Shown here: piece by piece, positions 13,131 to 22,092 of the stretch
How the letters are laid out: every line of letters begins with the position of its first letter
How positions within the stretch are numbered: position 1 is the stretch's first letter
NCBI GenBank assembly: GCA_965209155.1
Contig: OZ242383.1
Span: 1,248,001-1,312,000, forward strand
DNA from: a bacterium
GTDB lineage: Bacteria > SAR324 > NAC60-12
Length of the DNA stretch: 64,000 nucleotides
Direction: 5' to 3'
Notes under the pieces: generated by a model
Told to the model about the DNA's origin: nothing
What the model saw: only the letters and a program-made list of their open reading frames with translations
Databases searched by the model: none
Made by a program: the position numbers and the translations under genes

Positions 13131-13241
13131 GTCATCCCGGGCCCGGGATGATCCGGGATCCAGGTGCCACCTGGCGTTGCATACCCCTGGATTCCGGGTA
13201 AAGCCCGGAATGAAGAAAATAGAAAATCATGCGCAACCAGT
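13131..13241. repeat. GTCATCCCGG...CCGGAATGA palindromic element (related to copies at 3542 and 17542)
   Basis: Shared hairpins and tail AAAATAGAAAATCA..CAAC.AGT with 17542-17660. Confidence 0.75.
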
Positions 13242-13247
13242 TAAATG

Positions 13248-13511
13248 CCTCCCCTCCCTTGATGGAAGCCGTTTGCGGAAGCGGTGTCGGGAAAGGGTGA
13301 TCCCGTTCGTATCCCCTCCCCTGGAGGGAGGGGTTGGGGGAGGGGGGAAAACTGGACCCGGCTCATGGACGCTATTGCGGTTCACAATTGAATATACCAT
13401 AATGTTCCTCTTTTTGTCATCCTGAGGCCTGGGCGGCCCCCTTGCAAAGGATCTCATTGAAATCATGGAAATTCTTCGCCGCAGCCGCTTCGGCGGACCG
13501 TCAGAATGACA
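13248..13511. repeat. Two further REP-like palindrome families (CCTCCCC...GGGAGGGG and GTCATCCTGAG...CAGAATGACA)
   Basis: Self-complementary GC-rich ends in the Ldh_2/aglG intergenic region. Confidence 0.6.
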
Positions 13512-13585
13512 TATTGGTGTCGCACCCAACTGAGAAACACTATACGTGTCGCGACGCCCTGCCCTCAATTCTTCAACCGGTCGCC

Positions 13586-14743
13586 TCATTTAATCGATCC
13601 GGCCAACAAGCCGCGCGCGAAATATCGTTGCATGGCGAAAAAGACCGCCAACGGCAGCGCCATAGAAATGAAAGCCCCCGTCGACAGGAGTTCCCATCGG
13701 CCGCCCCAGGTTCCCTGAAATGTATTAATGTGGTCGGTCATGACTGTGGTGTCACCGGTGGCGTCAATCAGAAACACCTTGGCACCGACGAGATCGTTAA
13801 ACATCCACAGAAACTGAATGATCGCGTACGCGCCGAGCGCCGGAATGCTGAGCGGCAGAACGATCCTCACGAAAATCTGGAAATCAGTTGCACCGTCGAG
13901 CTTGGCGTTTTCGATAATTTCGCGCGGTATACCGGCCATGTAGTTGCGCAAAAGATAGATGGCAAATGGCTGTCCGAGCGCGGTATGGACGAGCCAGACG
14001 CTCAGGTAACCCTTCTCGATTCCGATGCCCAGGTGCAGCTTCAGAATGGGGATGAAGGCAAGCTGGCCAGGAAAGACAAGGGCCACGATGACCGCGGTGA
14101 TCAACCATGCACGGCCTCGGAAATTCATCCAGGCGAGCGCGTAGGCGGCAAACGCGGCCACCACGAGCGGGATAATCGTCGCCGGAATGGCCACGGTCAG
14201 CGTGTTGAAAAAGGCCTGCAACATACCTTCGTAGTTCTTCTCGTCAAACAGCATCCAGTGGTAATTTGCGAGCGAAAATTCGGGTGGCGCTCTTGCCGTG
14301 ACGAATACGCGTTGTCCGCGGCCGCTCAACTGATCGTCGTTGCCGCGCCAGACGTAGTCACCGTGGGCCTGAACCGTGATGCTTTCCCCATCTCCCAGGT
14401 CGGCCACCTCACCGGGAACATAGACATCAATCGCTCGCGACGAGGTGCCCCAAACGGTAATCTTCTTTGAGGCCCCCTCGCCGAACAGGTTACCCGAGAC
14501 CGTAAAGAGGTCGCCGTCTGTCCGGCGAAAGTCGTCCGGATCGGCGGCCCGAAGAACTTCGTTCTGCTCAGTTGTAAAGAGCGCTGCCCACCATCCTGAA
14601 CCAATGATCTGGTCCCTGGTTCGGAACGAAGAGACGAACAGACCCAGTGTTGGAGCCAGCCACGCCGCAACCAGCACAGCGACTGAGATGTGCACGATCC
14701 ATTTGTGCGTAGATTTGTTTTGCACTATTCCATCCATGGTCAA
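13586..14743 (-). CDS. aglG: Carbohydrate ABC permease, AglG-like
   Basis: GLFVSSFR, EAA loop IIENAKLDGA, MQRYFARGLLAGSIK. Confidence 0.85.
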   Translation of the reverse strand: MTMDGIVQNKSTHKWIVHISVAVLVAAWLAPTLGLFVSSFRTRDQIIGSGWWAALFTTEQNEVLRAADPDDFRRTDGDLFTVSGNLFGEGASKKITVWGTSSRAIDVYVPGEVADLGDGESITVQAHGDYVWRGNDDQLSGRGQRVFVTARAPPEFSLANYHWMLFDEKNYEGMLQAFFNTLTVAIPATIIPLVVAAFAAYALAWMNFRGRAWLITAVIVALVFPGQLAFIPILKLHLGIGIEKGYLSVWLVHTALGQPFAIYLLRNYMAGIPREIIENAKLDGATDFQIFVRIVLPLSIPALGAYAIIQFLWMFNDLVGAKVFLIDATGDTTVMTDHINTFQGTWGGRWELLSTGAFISMALPLAVFFAMQRYFARGLLAGSIK

Positions 14744-14746
14744 TCC

Positions 14747-15982
14747 TCAGCTCATTTCTTTGCGGACGTTGCGCACATTCCAGATCATAATCGGCAACAA
14801 TAGCAACAGAAGGATGATCGCAGATGCCGACCCGACGCCCCAGTCGAGGTCGTTGAATATCTTGCGGAACAAATAATTTGCCAGAACCTCCGTATTCCAA
14901 TTACCGTTGGTCAACACAAAGACAATGTCGAACACCTTCAACACGAGCACCGTGATGAGGGTCCACACCACGATGATTGTACCGACGATTTGCGGGACCT
15001 TGATGCGGAAAAATAACTGCAACGGCGTCGCGCCATCGATGATGGCGGCCTCAACCGTTTCCTGCGGAATACCGCGCAGCGCCGCCGAGAGGATCACCAT
15101 GGCTAAGCCGGTCTGGATCCAGATCATAATGGCCATCAGGAAGAAATTGTTCCAGAACGGTATCGTCAGCCAGGACAGGGGTTTGCCGTAAGGCAGGGTG
15201 ATCGTGAACACGTCGATCACGTTCAGAAGCGCCAGGATGGCGAGATAGGCCGCCGCCGTAGCGGCAACTGCTCGCAGAGCCGCGGTGATGATTCCGCCCT
15301 TTCGTTCTTCCGGAATGAAGAAGGGGCGCAGGAACAGGTAACAGACATACGCCGCCACCGCAGCAAAGCCCAACAGGATGATGGCCGGGAATATCCGCAG
15401 AAAAAGAAACGAGCCGTTCCCATCTTCGAACTGCATCCAGACCGCGTTCAACATCCCGATCTGCACCCGATCCTCGGCTTGGGTGTCATAGATCAGCTTG
15501 AAGATCACCGCGGCGCCGACAAACGAGATCGCCATGGGCATGAAGATGATCGACTTGGCGATGTTGCCCCAGGCAATGCGGTCCGTCAGTTGGGCGATCA
15601 GGAGGCCAAACGCCGTACACGCAGCGGGTACGACGCTCAGCCACAACATGTTGTTGCGCATCGCTTCCCAGAATTTCGTCTCGCTGAACATCCGCTGATA
15701 GTTCGCAAGACCGACAAACGCACCGCCCAAATCGCGGTCGGTGAGTGACAAGCGCAGTGTCTCGAAAACCGGGTAGACTATGTAGACCCCCATCATGAAC
15801 ATGGCCGGGAAGAGGAACAACCACGGCCGGACCAGGTTGGCGCGAGTGATGTTATTTCCGGCGTTCTCACCGCGCGGCGGGAACAGGACTTTGTCGAGCA
15901 GCTGGTTAGCGAGGTAGAAGTAACTGAGGCAACCGCCGATACCGATGATGATGATGATGAGACCCTGGATTGCTGCGTTCAT
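14747..15982 (-). CDS. aglF: Carbohydrate ABC permease, AglF-like
   Basis: RPWLFLFPA, FMPMAISFVGAAVI, EAAIIDGA, VLKVFDIV. Confidence 0.87.
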   Translation of the reverse strand: MNAAIQGLIIIIIGIGGCLSYFYLANQLLDKVLFPPRGENAGNNITRANLVRPWLFLFPAMFMMGVYIVYPVFETLRLSLTDRDLGGAFVGLANYQRMFSETKFWEAMRNNMLWLSVVPAACTAFGLLIAQLTDRIAWGNIAKSIIFMPMAISFVGAAVIFKLIYDTQAEDRVQIGMLNAVWMQFEDGNGSFLFLRIFPAIILLGFAAVAAYVCYLFLRPFFIPEERKGGIITAALRAVAATAAAYLAILALLNVIDVFTITLPYGKPLSWLTIPFWNNFFLMAIMIWIQTGLAMVILSAALRGIPQETVEAAIIDGATPLQLFFRIKVPQIVGTIIVVWTLITVLVLKVFDIVFVLTNGNWNTEVLANYLFRKIFNDLDWGVGSASAIILLLLLLPIMIWNVRNVRKEMS

Positions 15983-16034
15983 GTCCGCGCTCCTCCCTGA
16001 ATGTTGTCAATGCGTGTCATTCTAAACTCACTCA

Positions 16035-16790
16035 TCACCTCCCTGCGCCTATTCCTCCGTCAATGACCAAGTCGCTGCCGGTGACAAAAGAGGACTCGTT
16101 CGAAGCCAGGTAAAGGGCGCCGTAGGCCACGTCTTCCGGCTGGCCCGTGCGGCCCAGGGGAATCCTGTTGAGCATTTTCTCTTGATATCCCTCCTCCTCC
16201 ATCAAGTGGGCGTTCATCATTGTTTTGATGCTGGCTGGAATTATGGAGTTGACGCGGATCCCTTCCCTGCCGTATTGAACAGCGGTGGACTTGGTCAATA
16301 GCCGCACCGCGGCCTTGGACATGGTGTAGGTGCACGACGCCTCCATGCCACCTTCCAGCCCAGCAATCGAAGAGATGTTGATCATGGAGCCGCCGCCCGC
16401 TTTCCGCATCTCGGGTATGGCGTGTTTTGTCCCCAGAAACGCACCCTTGGCGTTTATTTCCAAATCCTGGTCCCACTGCTCGCTGGTGATCTCCTCCACC
16501 AGACCGGTCCGGTAAGTACCGGCGTTGTTCACCAGAACGTCCAGTTTCCCAAAGTGGGCGACGGTGGACGCCACGGCTTGCTGCCACTCGGCCTCGCTGG
16601 TGACATCCAACCGGACGAAGAGGCACGCGCCACCCGTTTCATTAATTTGTGTCTCGGTCTGACGCCCTTCTTCTTCCAGCACGTCTCCAATGACCACTTT
16701 GGCCCCTTCCCTGGCAAACAGCTTGGCCATCGCTGCGCCAATACCCCTGGCTCCCCCGCTGATAAAAGCGACCTTGCCTTTCAGTTTCAT
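16035..16790 (-). CDS. SDR family NAD(P)-dependent oxidoreductase
   Basis: SGGARGIG, NNAG, catalytic YTMSK. Confidence 0.95.
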   Translation of the reverse strand: MKLKGKVAFISGGARGIGAAMAKLFAREGAKVVIGDVLEEEGRQTETQINETGGACLFVRLDVTSEAEWQQAVASTVAHFGKLDVLVNNAGTYRTGLVEEITSEQWDQDLEINAKGAFLGTKHAIPEMRKAGGGSMINISSIAGLEGGMEASCTYTMSKAAVRLLTKSTAVQYGREGIRVNSIIPASIKTMMNAHLMEEEGYQEKMLNRIPLGRTGQPEDVAYGALYLASNESSFVTGSDLVIDGGIGAGR

Positions 16791-16802
16791 GGTTTGCCTC
16801 TT

Positions 16803-17501
16803 CTATTGATGATTGATGGTTGTCCGTCTCCCCGCCAACCACTGGATCCCCCGCCCCACTACCGCACGAAAACCGGGGTTTGAGTAGGCCTGGTTATCGT
16901 CCCCGCCCTGGTAGCAGAAGACCCTCGCCTTACCGAAGGTCCGAGTCCACGCGATCGTCTTCATACTCTGGGGATGATCGGTGGTGAGCAGGATGTGGCT
17001 ATCCTCGTCCGCGTCGTCTATGTTATAGGTCTCGTCGACGATGTCCCACGGCTTTAGTGATGCAGTGATGGGATGTGCGGTGTCCGCGACGTCGATGCGC
17101 ACGGTCTGGTCGAAGGCGCACGGTATTGCGCCTCGCTGACGCATGCCGCTAAGCTCTCTCCAGAGCGGCCAGTCGGGAAAGGCAACCAGCGCGTGATGCA
17201 GCAGAAATATCCCCTGGTCCCCATCAGCAAGGCCCTCCAGCATCTCCTTTATGGCTCCGCTCTGCTTATCGGTTCCGGGCTCTGATTTGCCATCTTTTTC
17301 AGCGGGCGTGCTTTGGTGCCAGTTGAAGAACACGAGTACGTCGTAGGTCCCTGGACCGCGTGCCGAGTCGAAAACGAAGTCCCACAGGTTCTGAGGGTAG
17401 GCATCGATTTCGGGAAGGGAGCGAAGCATGGACTGGAAGCCGACCACGTCATACTCGTGCTCGCCGGTAATCACTGCTGTTTTTATCTTTCCATTCGCCA
17501 T
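16803..17501 (-). CDS. ThuA-like domain protein
   Basis: ITGEHEYD, LLHHALVAF, HPIT, DETY, AWTRTFGKARVF. Confidence 0.8.
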   Translation of the reverse strand: MANGKIKTAVITGEHEYDVVGFQSMLRSLPEIDAYPQNLWDFVFDSARGPGTYDVLVFFNWHQSTPAEKDGKSEPGTDKQSGAIKEMLEGLADGDQGIFLLHHALVAFPDWPLWRELSGMRQRGAIPCAFDQTVRIDVADTAHPITASLKPWDIVDETYNIDDADEDSHILLTTDHPQSMKTIAWTRTFGKARVFCYQGGDDNQAYSNPGFRAVVGRGIQWLAGRRTTINHQ

Positions 17502-17541
17502 GTTCCTGTCTCCTGTATTAGATTAAAGATTACAATGATGT

Positions 17542-17660
17542 GCCATCCCGGTCCCGGATCATCCCGGACCGGGATGATCCGGCCAGGTACCTGGTAGCTT
17601 TGCATACCCTTGGAGTCCGGGTCCCGGAATGACAAAAATAGAAAATCACACCCAACTAGT
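17542..17660. repeat. Palindromic element, copy related to 13131-13241
   Basis: CATCCCGGTCCCGG...CCGGAATGACAAAAATAGAAAATCA. Confidence 0.72.
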
Positions 17661-17664
17661 GCTC

Positions 17665-17780
17665 TGTCAACTTTAATTTGACGGTAGGGCCGGGTGACGT
17701 CCCGGCCTAAGAAACGCCACGCTCGCATTGGCCGGGGCGTCACCCGGCCCTACCATTAACTCGGCATTTTAAAGTTGACA
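17665..17780. mobile_element. 116-bp MITE-like element containing an inverted GTAG-REP doublet
   Basis: 12-bp terminal IR TGTCAACTTTAA/TTAAAGTTGACA; internal GTAGGGCCGGGTGACG...CGTCACCCGGCCCTAC. Confidence 0.65.
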
Positions 17781-17782
17781 AT

Positions 17783-18808
17783 CTAGTTGGGCAGCAAGGC
17801 CACGGAACGGACCTCGCCAAACTCCTTTTGCAGCTTTTGCCAGGAATCACCCCCGTCTTCGCTCAGGTACACATAGCCGAAGATGCTGGCCGCGACGATT
17901 ACATTGGGCCGCTCCTTGTGAGAGCTTATCCCATAAATAATGGAGTTGGGCTCTACCGGCAGGGACACCGGTTGCCAACTTTTCCCGGCATCCTGGGTGC
18001 GCTGCACGGCACCGGTGACACCGGGAATAACGTCGCCGTTGCCGACGAACATGACATTGGGGTTATCCGCTTTGATGACCATGCCTCGGCAGTAGGACAC
18101 GCGATCCGCTTCATGGAACTTGGGGAAATAGTGGTAATCCCAGCTTTCACCTTCGTCGTGGCTGGTGGCGATCCCAAAGGGCGAGGTACAGTAGACTGCG
18201 GAACGGGCGCCGGTCTTCAGAGCCATACTGTGAATGTCGCCCTGGAAGGGGTCAGGCCCCAGGTCGGGCAGGTGGTCCCAGCTGTCGCCGCCATCCAGGC
18301 TCTTGTATACCCCGTCAACCTCCATGCCGGCCCAAATGGTGCGGTTGTCCCTGGGATCTACGATCATGCAGGTGGTCCGCGGCGGCGAGGGAGGAAGTGG
18401 TTCAGAGATGGGGCAATTCATGTTTACGCCCATAGGGAGCTTGCTCCAAGTCCGCCCCCCATCCCTGGAGCGGAATCCCTCGGGTCGCGTACCCACGAAT
18501 AGGGTGTCCGGGTCCGTGGGATCTACAGTCACCGACCAGATTTCAAGATCCGCTGTGGGGGCATCCAGGTTTTCCCAGGTCGCGCCGCCGTCTTCGCTGC
18601 GGAAAACGCCCACTTGGGATGAGGGTACTGATTGACAATCAGCACCAGCCAATACCCGCCGGGGGTTGTCCGGATACACGCACAACGCCCTGACGTTGGA
18701 CTCATGCCAGATAGGTTGATTGATTTTGGTCCAGGATTCACCCCCGTCGGCACTCACGTTCAGCCCTTGGCCGGCGGTGCCGATGAGGAGTGTGTAATCT
18801 TTTGCCAT
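17783..18808 (-). CDS. BNR/Asp-box repeat beta-propeller protein (glycosyl-hydrolase-like)
   Basis: Repeated S-x-D-G-G-x-[ST]-W boxes. Confidence 0.85.
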   Translation of the reverse strand: MAKDYTLLIGTAGQGLNVSADGGESWTKINQPIWHESNVRALCVYPDNPRRVLAGADCQSVPSSQVGVFRSEDGGATWENLDAPTADLEIWSVTVDPTDPDTLFVGTRPEGFRSRDGGRTWSKLPMGVNMNCPISEPLPPSPPRTTCMIVDPRDNRTIWAGMEVDGVYKSLDGGDSWDHLPDLGPDPFQGDIHSMALKTGARSAVYCTSPFGIATSHDEGESWDYHYFPKFHEADRVSYCRGMVIKADNPNVMFVGNGDVIPGVTGAVQRTQDAGKSWQPVSLPVEPNSIIYGISSHKERPNVIVAASIFGYVYLSEDGGDSWQKLQKEFGEVRSVALLPN

Positions 18809-18904
18809 GTCGCGTCTCCTTATTTGCTCAAATCCTGCTAATGGGGGTATTCTACTTGCTGCAGTAGGATGGGCAAGCTAAGCTTGCCCACCACTGCTGG
18901 GATA

Positions 18905-20287
18905 CTACTCGACAGCGTCCCAGCCCTTCTCGATGTCGCTTGCAACGGCAGCGGCGTCCTTGCCACCGATATAGTCCACCATGCCCTGCCAGAAAGTGCC
19001 TTGGCCAACGGCAGCGGGCATCAAGTCGGATGCGTCGAACCGGAATGTGGTCGCATTAGTGAGAATTTCATTCAGCTTGGCCTGCGTCTTGTTAGCGAAA
19101 GCCGATTTGTTGACGTACTTGTGCGCCGTTAGGAAATTCCCTCCGGTCATGAGGATTTCGTGGGCAATCGGCGTCTTTACGAACTCCAAAAACCCGCGGG
19201 CTGCTGGGCTGTCCTTAGTGATGGTCATAACCTGACCGCCACCGAGAAGCGGATTGCCGAGGTCCTTTTTCGCATAGGACGGAAAATAGAAGAAGTCCAC
19301 GTCTTCACCGACATTCGTACCTTCTGGGAATTGCTGAACTATGTACGATGCCGCACGGTGCATGTAGCACTGCGGCGGGCTGTCGAAGAGACCCCTCGGG
19401 CTGTCTCTCCAATCCTGGCTGGCCACTAGACTCGGCCCGCCGACTACATATTTATCGTTCAAGGCAAATGCGCCAAATTCCTCGATTGCGGCAACGATTC
19501 GGGGGTCATCAAACGGAATTTCGTTGTTCACCCACTGGTCGTACACTTGCGGAGGCTGCGTGCGCAGCATCATGTCCTCGACCCAGTCACTTGCCGCCCA
19601 ACCGGTGTACGCACCACTTGCAATACCCATACACCACGGGGTTCCACCGTCGGCAACGATTCGATCGTTCAGCGCGTGCACTTCTTCCATGGTCTGCGGG
19701 ATTTCGTAGCCCGCGTCCTCGAAGTTTTCGGGGATGTACCAGACCAGCGACTTAATTTGCTGTTCGAAGGCGAAGCCGTAGTAAGCCTCGTTCCCGTCCG
19801 GGCCGACATAGTTGCCGAGGTCGACAAAGGACTGGCCAGCGGCGTAGTTGTCGCGCATCCAGCCGGCAATATCGGGATCCAATTTGGTCAGGAAACCGCG
19901 CTTGGCCATGTCCGCGGACAAACCTGGCAGCGCGTGGTGCGCGATATTTGGTGCTGATCCTGCTTCGGCGTCAACAATCAAATCTTGCGAGAGTGTCCTC
20001 TGCGCAGATTTGTAGCGGACGTCGGCACCGGTCGCTTCTTCGAAATAAGCAATGGCCTTTTCGAAGTTCTCCGCGTCTTGTCCGTCCCACATTCCCATGA
20101 TCGTGAGTTGCTGGCCAGAATAGTCGTGCTCCTTCGCAAAGGCGTGGTAGCTGTCCCAGCTGAACTCGCCTTCGCCAATCGGGAATTCGAGGTGACCATC
20201 CGCATGCGCGACACCCGTCAGGGCGAAGATAGCGACCATCAAAGTCCCTATAAACCCAAACCTTTTTTTCATTTTTATCTTTTTCAT
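18905..20287 (-). CDS. aglE: Sugar ABC substrate-binding protein, AglE-like
   Basis: Signal peptide AHA-DG; KSLVWY, GGTPWCMGIASG, WVEDMMLRT, FRFDASDLMP; alternative in-frame start at 20314. Confidence 0.87.
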   Translation of the reverse strand: MKKIKMKKRFGFIGTLMVAIFALTGVAHADGHLEFPIGEGEFSWDSYHAFAKEHDYSGQQLTIMGMWDGQDAENFEKAIAYFEEATGADVRYKSAQRTLSQDLIVDAEAGSAPNIAHHALPGLSADMAKRGFLTKLDPDIAGWMRDNYAAGQSFVDLGNYVGPDGNEAYYGFAFEQQIKSLVWYIPENFEDAGYEIPQTMEEVHALNDRIVADGGTPWCMGIASGAYTGWAASDWVEDMMLRTQPPQVYDQWVNNEIPFDDPRIVAAIEEFGAFALNDKYVVGGPSLVASQDWRDSPRGLFDSPPQCYMHRAASYIVQQFPEGTNVGEDVDFFYFPSYAKKDLGNPLLGGGQVMTITKDSPAARGFLEFVKTPIAHEILMTGGNFLTAHKYVNKSAFANKTQAKLNEILTNATTFRFDASDLMPAAVGQGTFWQGMVDYIGGKDAAAVASDIEKGWDAVE

Positions 20288-20420
20288 AATATTTTCTCCA
20301 AATAATGATTTCATAATTATCTCCCAAATCTAGTTTTTTGAGATTGAAGGAATAAACATTCTTTCTCTGCTAACGTGATTTCCCCATAGGCTTCTCCTGA
20401 TAAGACAGTGATTAAAGAAT

Positions 20421-20667
20421 CCACCTTGACTAGCCGTCCGCGACTGGGCGTCCACCTGAGAAGGTGGTTTTGATAGGCCCCTGGAAAGGGTGGTTCGTGA
20501 TCGTACTCGTGAGTCGTGCTCGTGCTCGTGCTCGTGCTCGTGAACGAAACGGCATCTCAGAGAACCCTAAATTCCCTGCCGTCTCTTCTATTCGGAAACC
20601 CCTCTCAAAGGAATCGGGAACGTTTCTGTCGAGCACGTGCACGAGCACGATTACGAACACGTGCACG
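20421..20667. mobile_element. Empty (CGTGCT)n inverted-repeat element with a hairpin end, sibling of 29440-29992
   Basis: (CGTGCT)4GTGAACG facing GAGCACGTGCACGAGCACG; end sequence similar to 29896-29970 in inverted orientation. Confidence 0.6.
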
Positions 20668-20842
20668 TTTCTGGCAAAGCCGATTGTCTCTGACCACAAC
20701 TGGGCTGGACCGCATTCGGATCCCCGCCCAAAGGACGTGGTTTCATCAGATAAAATGAAAAATTTCCTCCATCCGCTGCTTCGGAAGGGGATGGATGGAC
20801 AATCAGCTCAGGGATACAGCATCCCAGAAACTTTTGTTTAGC

Positions 20843-20859
20843 TTCAAGCAGTGTGCCAA
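20843..20859 (-). promoter_or_regulatory. Candidate sigma54 -24/-12 promoter for the agl-like operon
   Basis: Minus strand TTGGCAC-ACTGC-TTGAA (perfect -24, imperfect -12). Confidence 0.5.
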
Positions 20860-20935
20860 ATCTGAGATTATTCAGTCAACTTACTGTAATTATTATCTAT
20901 TTTTAAAAGAGGGCGGTTTGGGTATGCGAAGCAGA

Positions 20936-21042
20936 TGTTCAAATATGTTAACTGAATCCAGGTAGAATAGTCGTTAACTATCTGATATTAAAGCTTTATA
21001 GATCAAATTTCAGAATTTGAAACATGTTTAATATTTTGAACA
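20936..21042. promoter_or_regulatory. Candidate enhancer (UAS) palindromes
   Basis: TGTTTAATATTTTGAACA (21025-21042) and TGTTCAAATATGTTAAC (20936-20952), 80-180 bp upstream of the -24 box. Confidence 0.45.
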
Positions 21043-21283
21043 CTATTAAACTCTATTACTTACGATGTTACGTAAATTTGGTAGGATGGGCTCCACCCAT
21101 CTAAAATGAGAAACAACTTTGTTCAGATGATGGGTGGAGCCATCCAAAGGGTGGAAGCGGTTTTTTCTTTGGGCCAGCGAACTGATAAGGATGGTGAATT
21201 GTATCATTGACTGATTCGCTCTCAAATTATAGAATAGCCATGAACAGAAAACCAATTCAATCCCTATAAGAAGGAAAACCTCT

Positions 21284-21541
21284 ATGGCTTCTATAGCGAC
21301 ACTGGAAATTTCTCAAGAAATTTTAGATTCTGCCCGATTGACGCCTAGCGAACTCAAAGTAGAAATGGCTGTGTATCTCTATACGCAAAATCGTCTTTCG
21401 ATTGGCAAAGCCAAAGAATTGGCGAATATGAGCTTGTGGCAGTTTCGACAATTGCTGGCTTCACGAAAAATTGCGCCTCATTATGATCAAACAGATTTTG
21501 AAGAAGATCTTGCACAGTTGAAAAAAACGGAAAAATCATGA
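21284..21541 (+). CDS. UPF0175 family antitoxin-like protein
   Basis: MAVYLY..RLSIGKAKELANMSLWQFRQLL..YDQTDFEEDL. Confidence 0.85.
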   Translation: MASIATLEISQEILDSARLTPSELKVEMAVYLYTQNRLSIGKAKELANMSLWQFRQLLASRKIAPHYDQTDFEEDLAQLKKTEKS

Positions 21542-22032
21542 TCGTTGTGAGCAATACCTCTCCCTTGACAAATCTAGCAGCGATTGGCCAATTCGATTTA
21601 TTGCAATCCTTACACAAATCTATTCATATTGCCCAGGGCGTATGGGATGAATTAAACCACGAAGAGAAAAAGTGGCCAGGCAGCTATGAAGTTTCCCAAG
21701 CTACCTGGATTGAAAGACATTCTGTCGAGAATAAAGCCCTTGTCACAGCTTTAGAAAACGACCTTGATCTGGGAGAATCAGAGACGATTGCTCTAGCATT
21801 AGAATTACAAGCAGATTTAGTCTTATTGGATGAAAAAGAAGGGCGACGAATGGCGAAACGGTTAGAATTACCTGTTATGGGAGTCGTTGGGATTTTGCTG
21901 GAAGCAAAAGCAATTAAACTGGTGGACAGACTTCTTCCTCATCTAGATGATCTTCGCAATAAGGCAGGGTTTTATTTGAGTGAACCATTGTATCAATCCA
22001 TTCTTTTAACTTCAGGTGAAACTGCTTCATAA
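21538..22032 (+). CDS. DUF3368 PIN-domain toxin-like protein
   Basis: MIVVSNTSPL, LDLGESETIALA, LLDEKEGR; ATGA overlap with the upstream gene. Confidence 0.88.
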   Translation: MIVVSNTSPLTNLAAIGQFDLLQSLHKSIHIAQGVWDELNHEEKKWPGSYEVSQATWIERHSVENKALVTALENDLDLGESETIALALELQADLVLLDEKEGRRMAKRLELPVMGVVGILLEAKAIKLVDRLLPHLDDLRNKAGFYLSEPLYQSILLTSGETAS

Positions 22033-22092
22033 ATTGTGTCACTAACCGGCACCTTTTTTGGGGAAGTGGTCAAAGTTATGATCATGCCCTTA

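Noticed and set aside
13442..14470. 342-aa plus-strand ORF (and similar ORFs at 8787, 17828, 26284, 33915)
   Set aside because: Antisense shadows of well-supported genes
20430..20841. ORFs with RARARA/VLVLVL runs
   Set aside because: Artefacts of the (CGTGCT)n repeat
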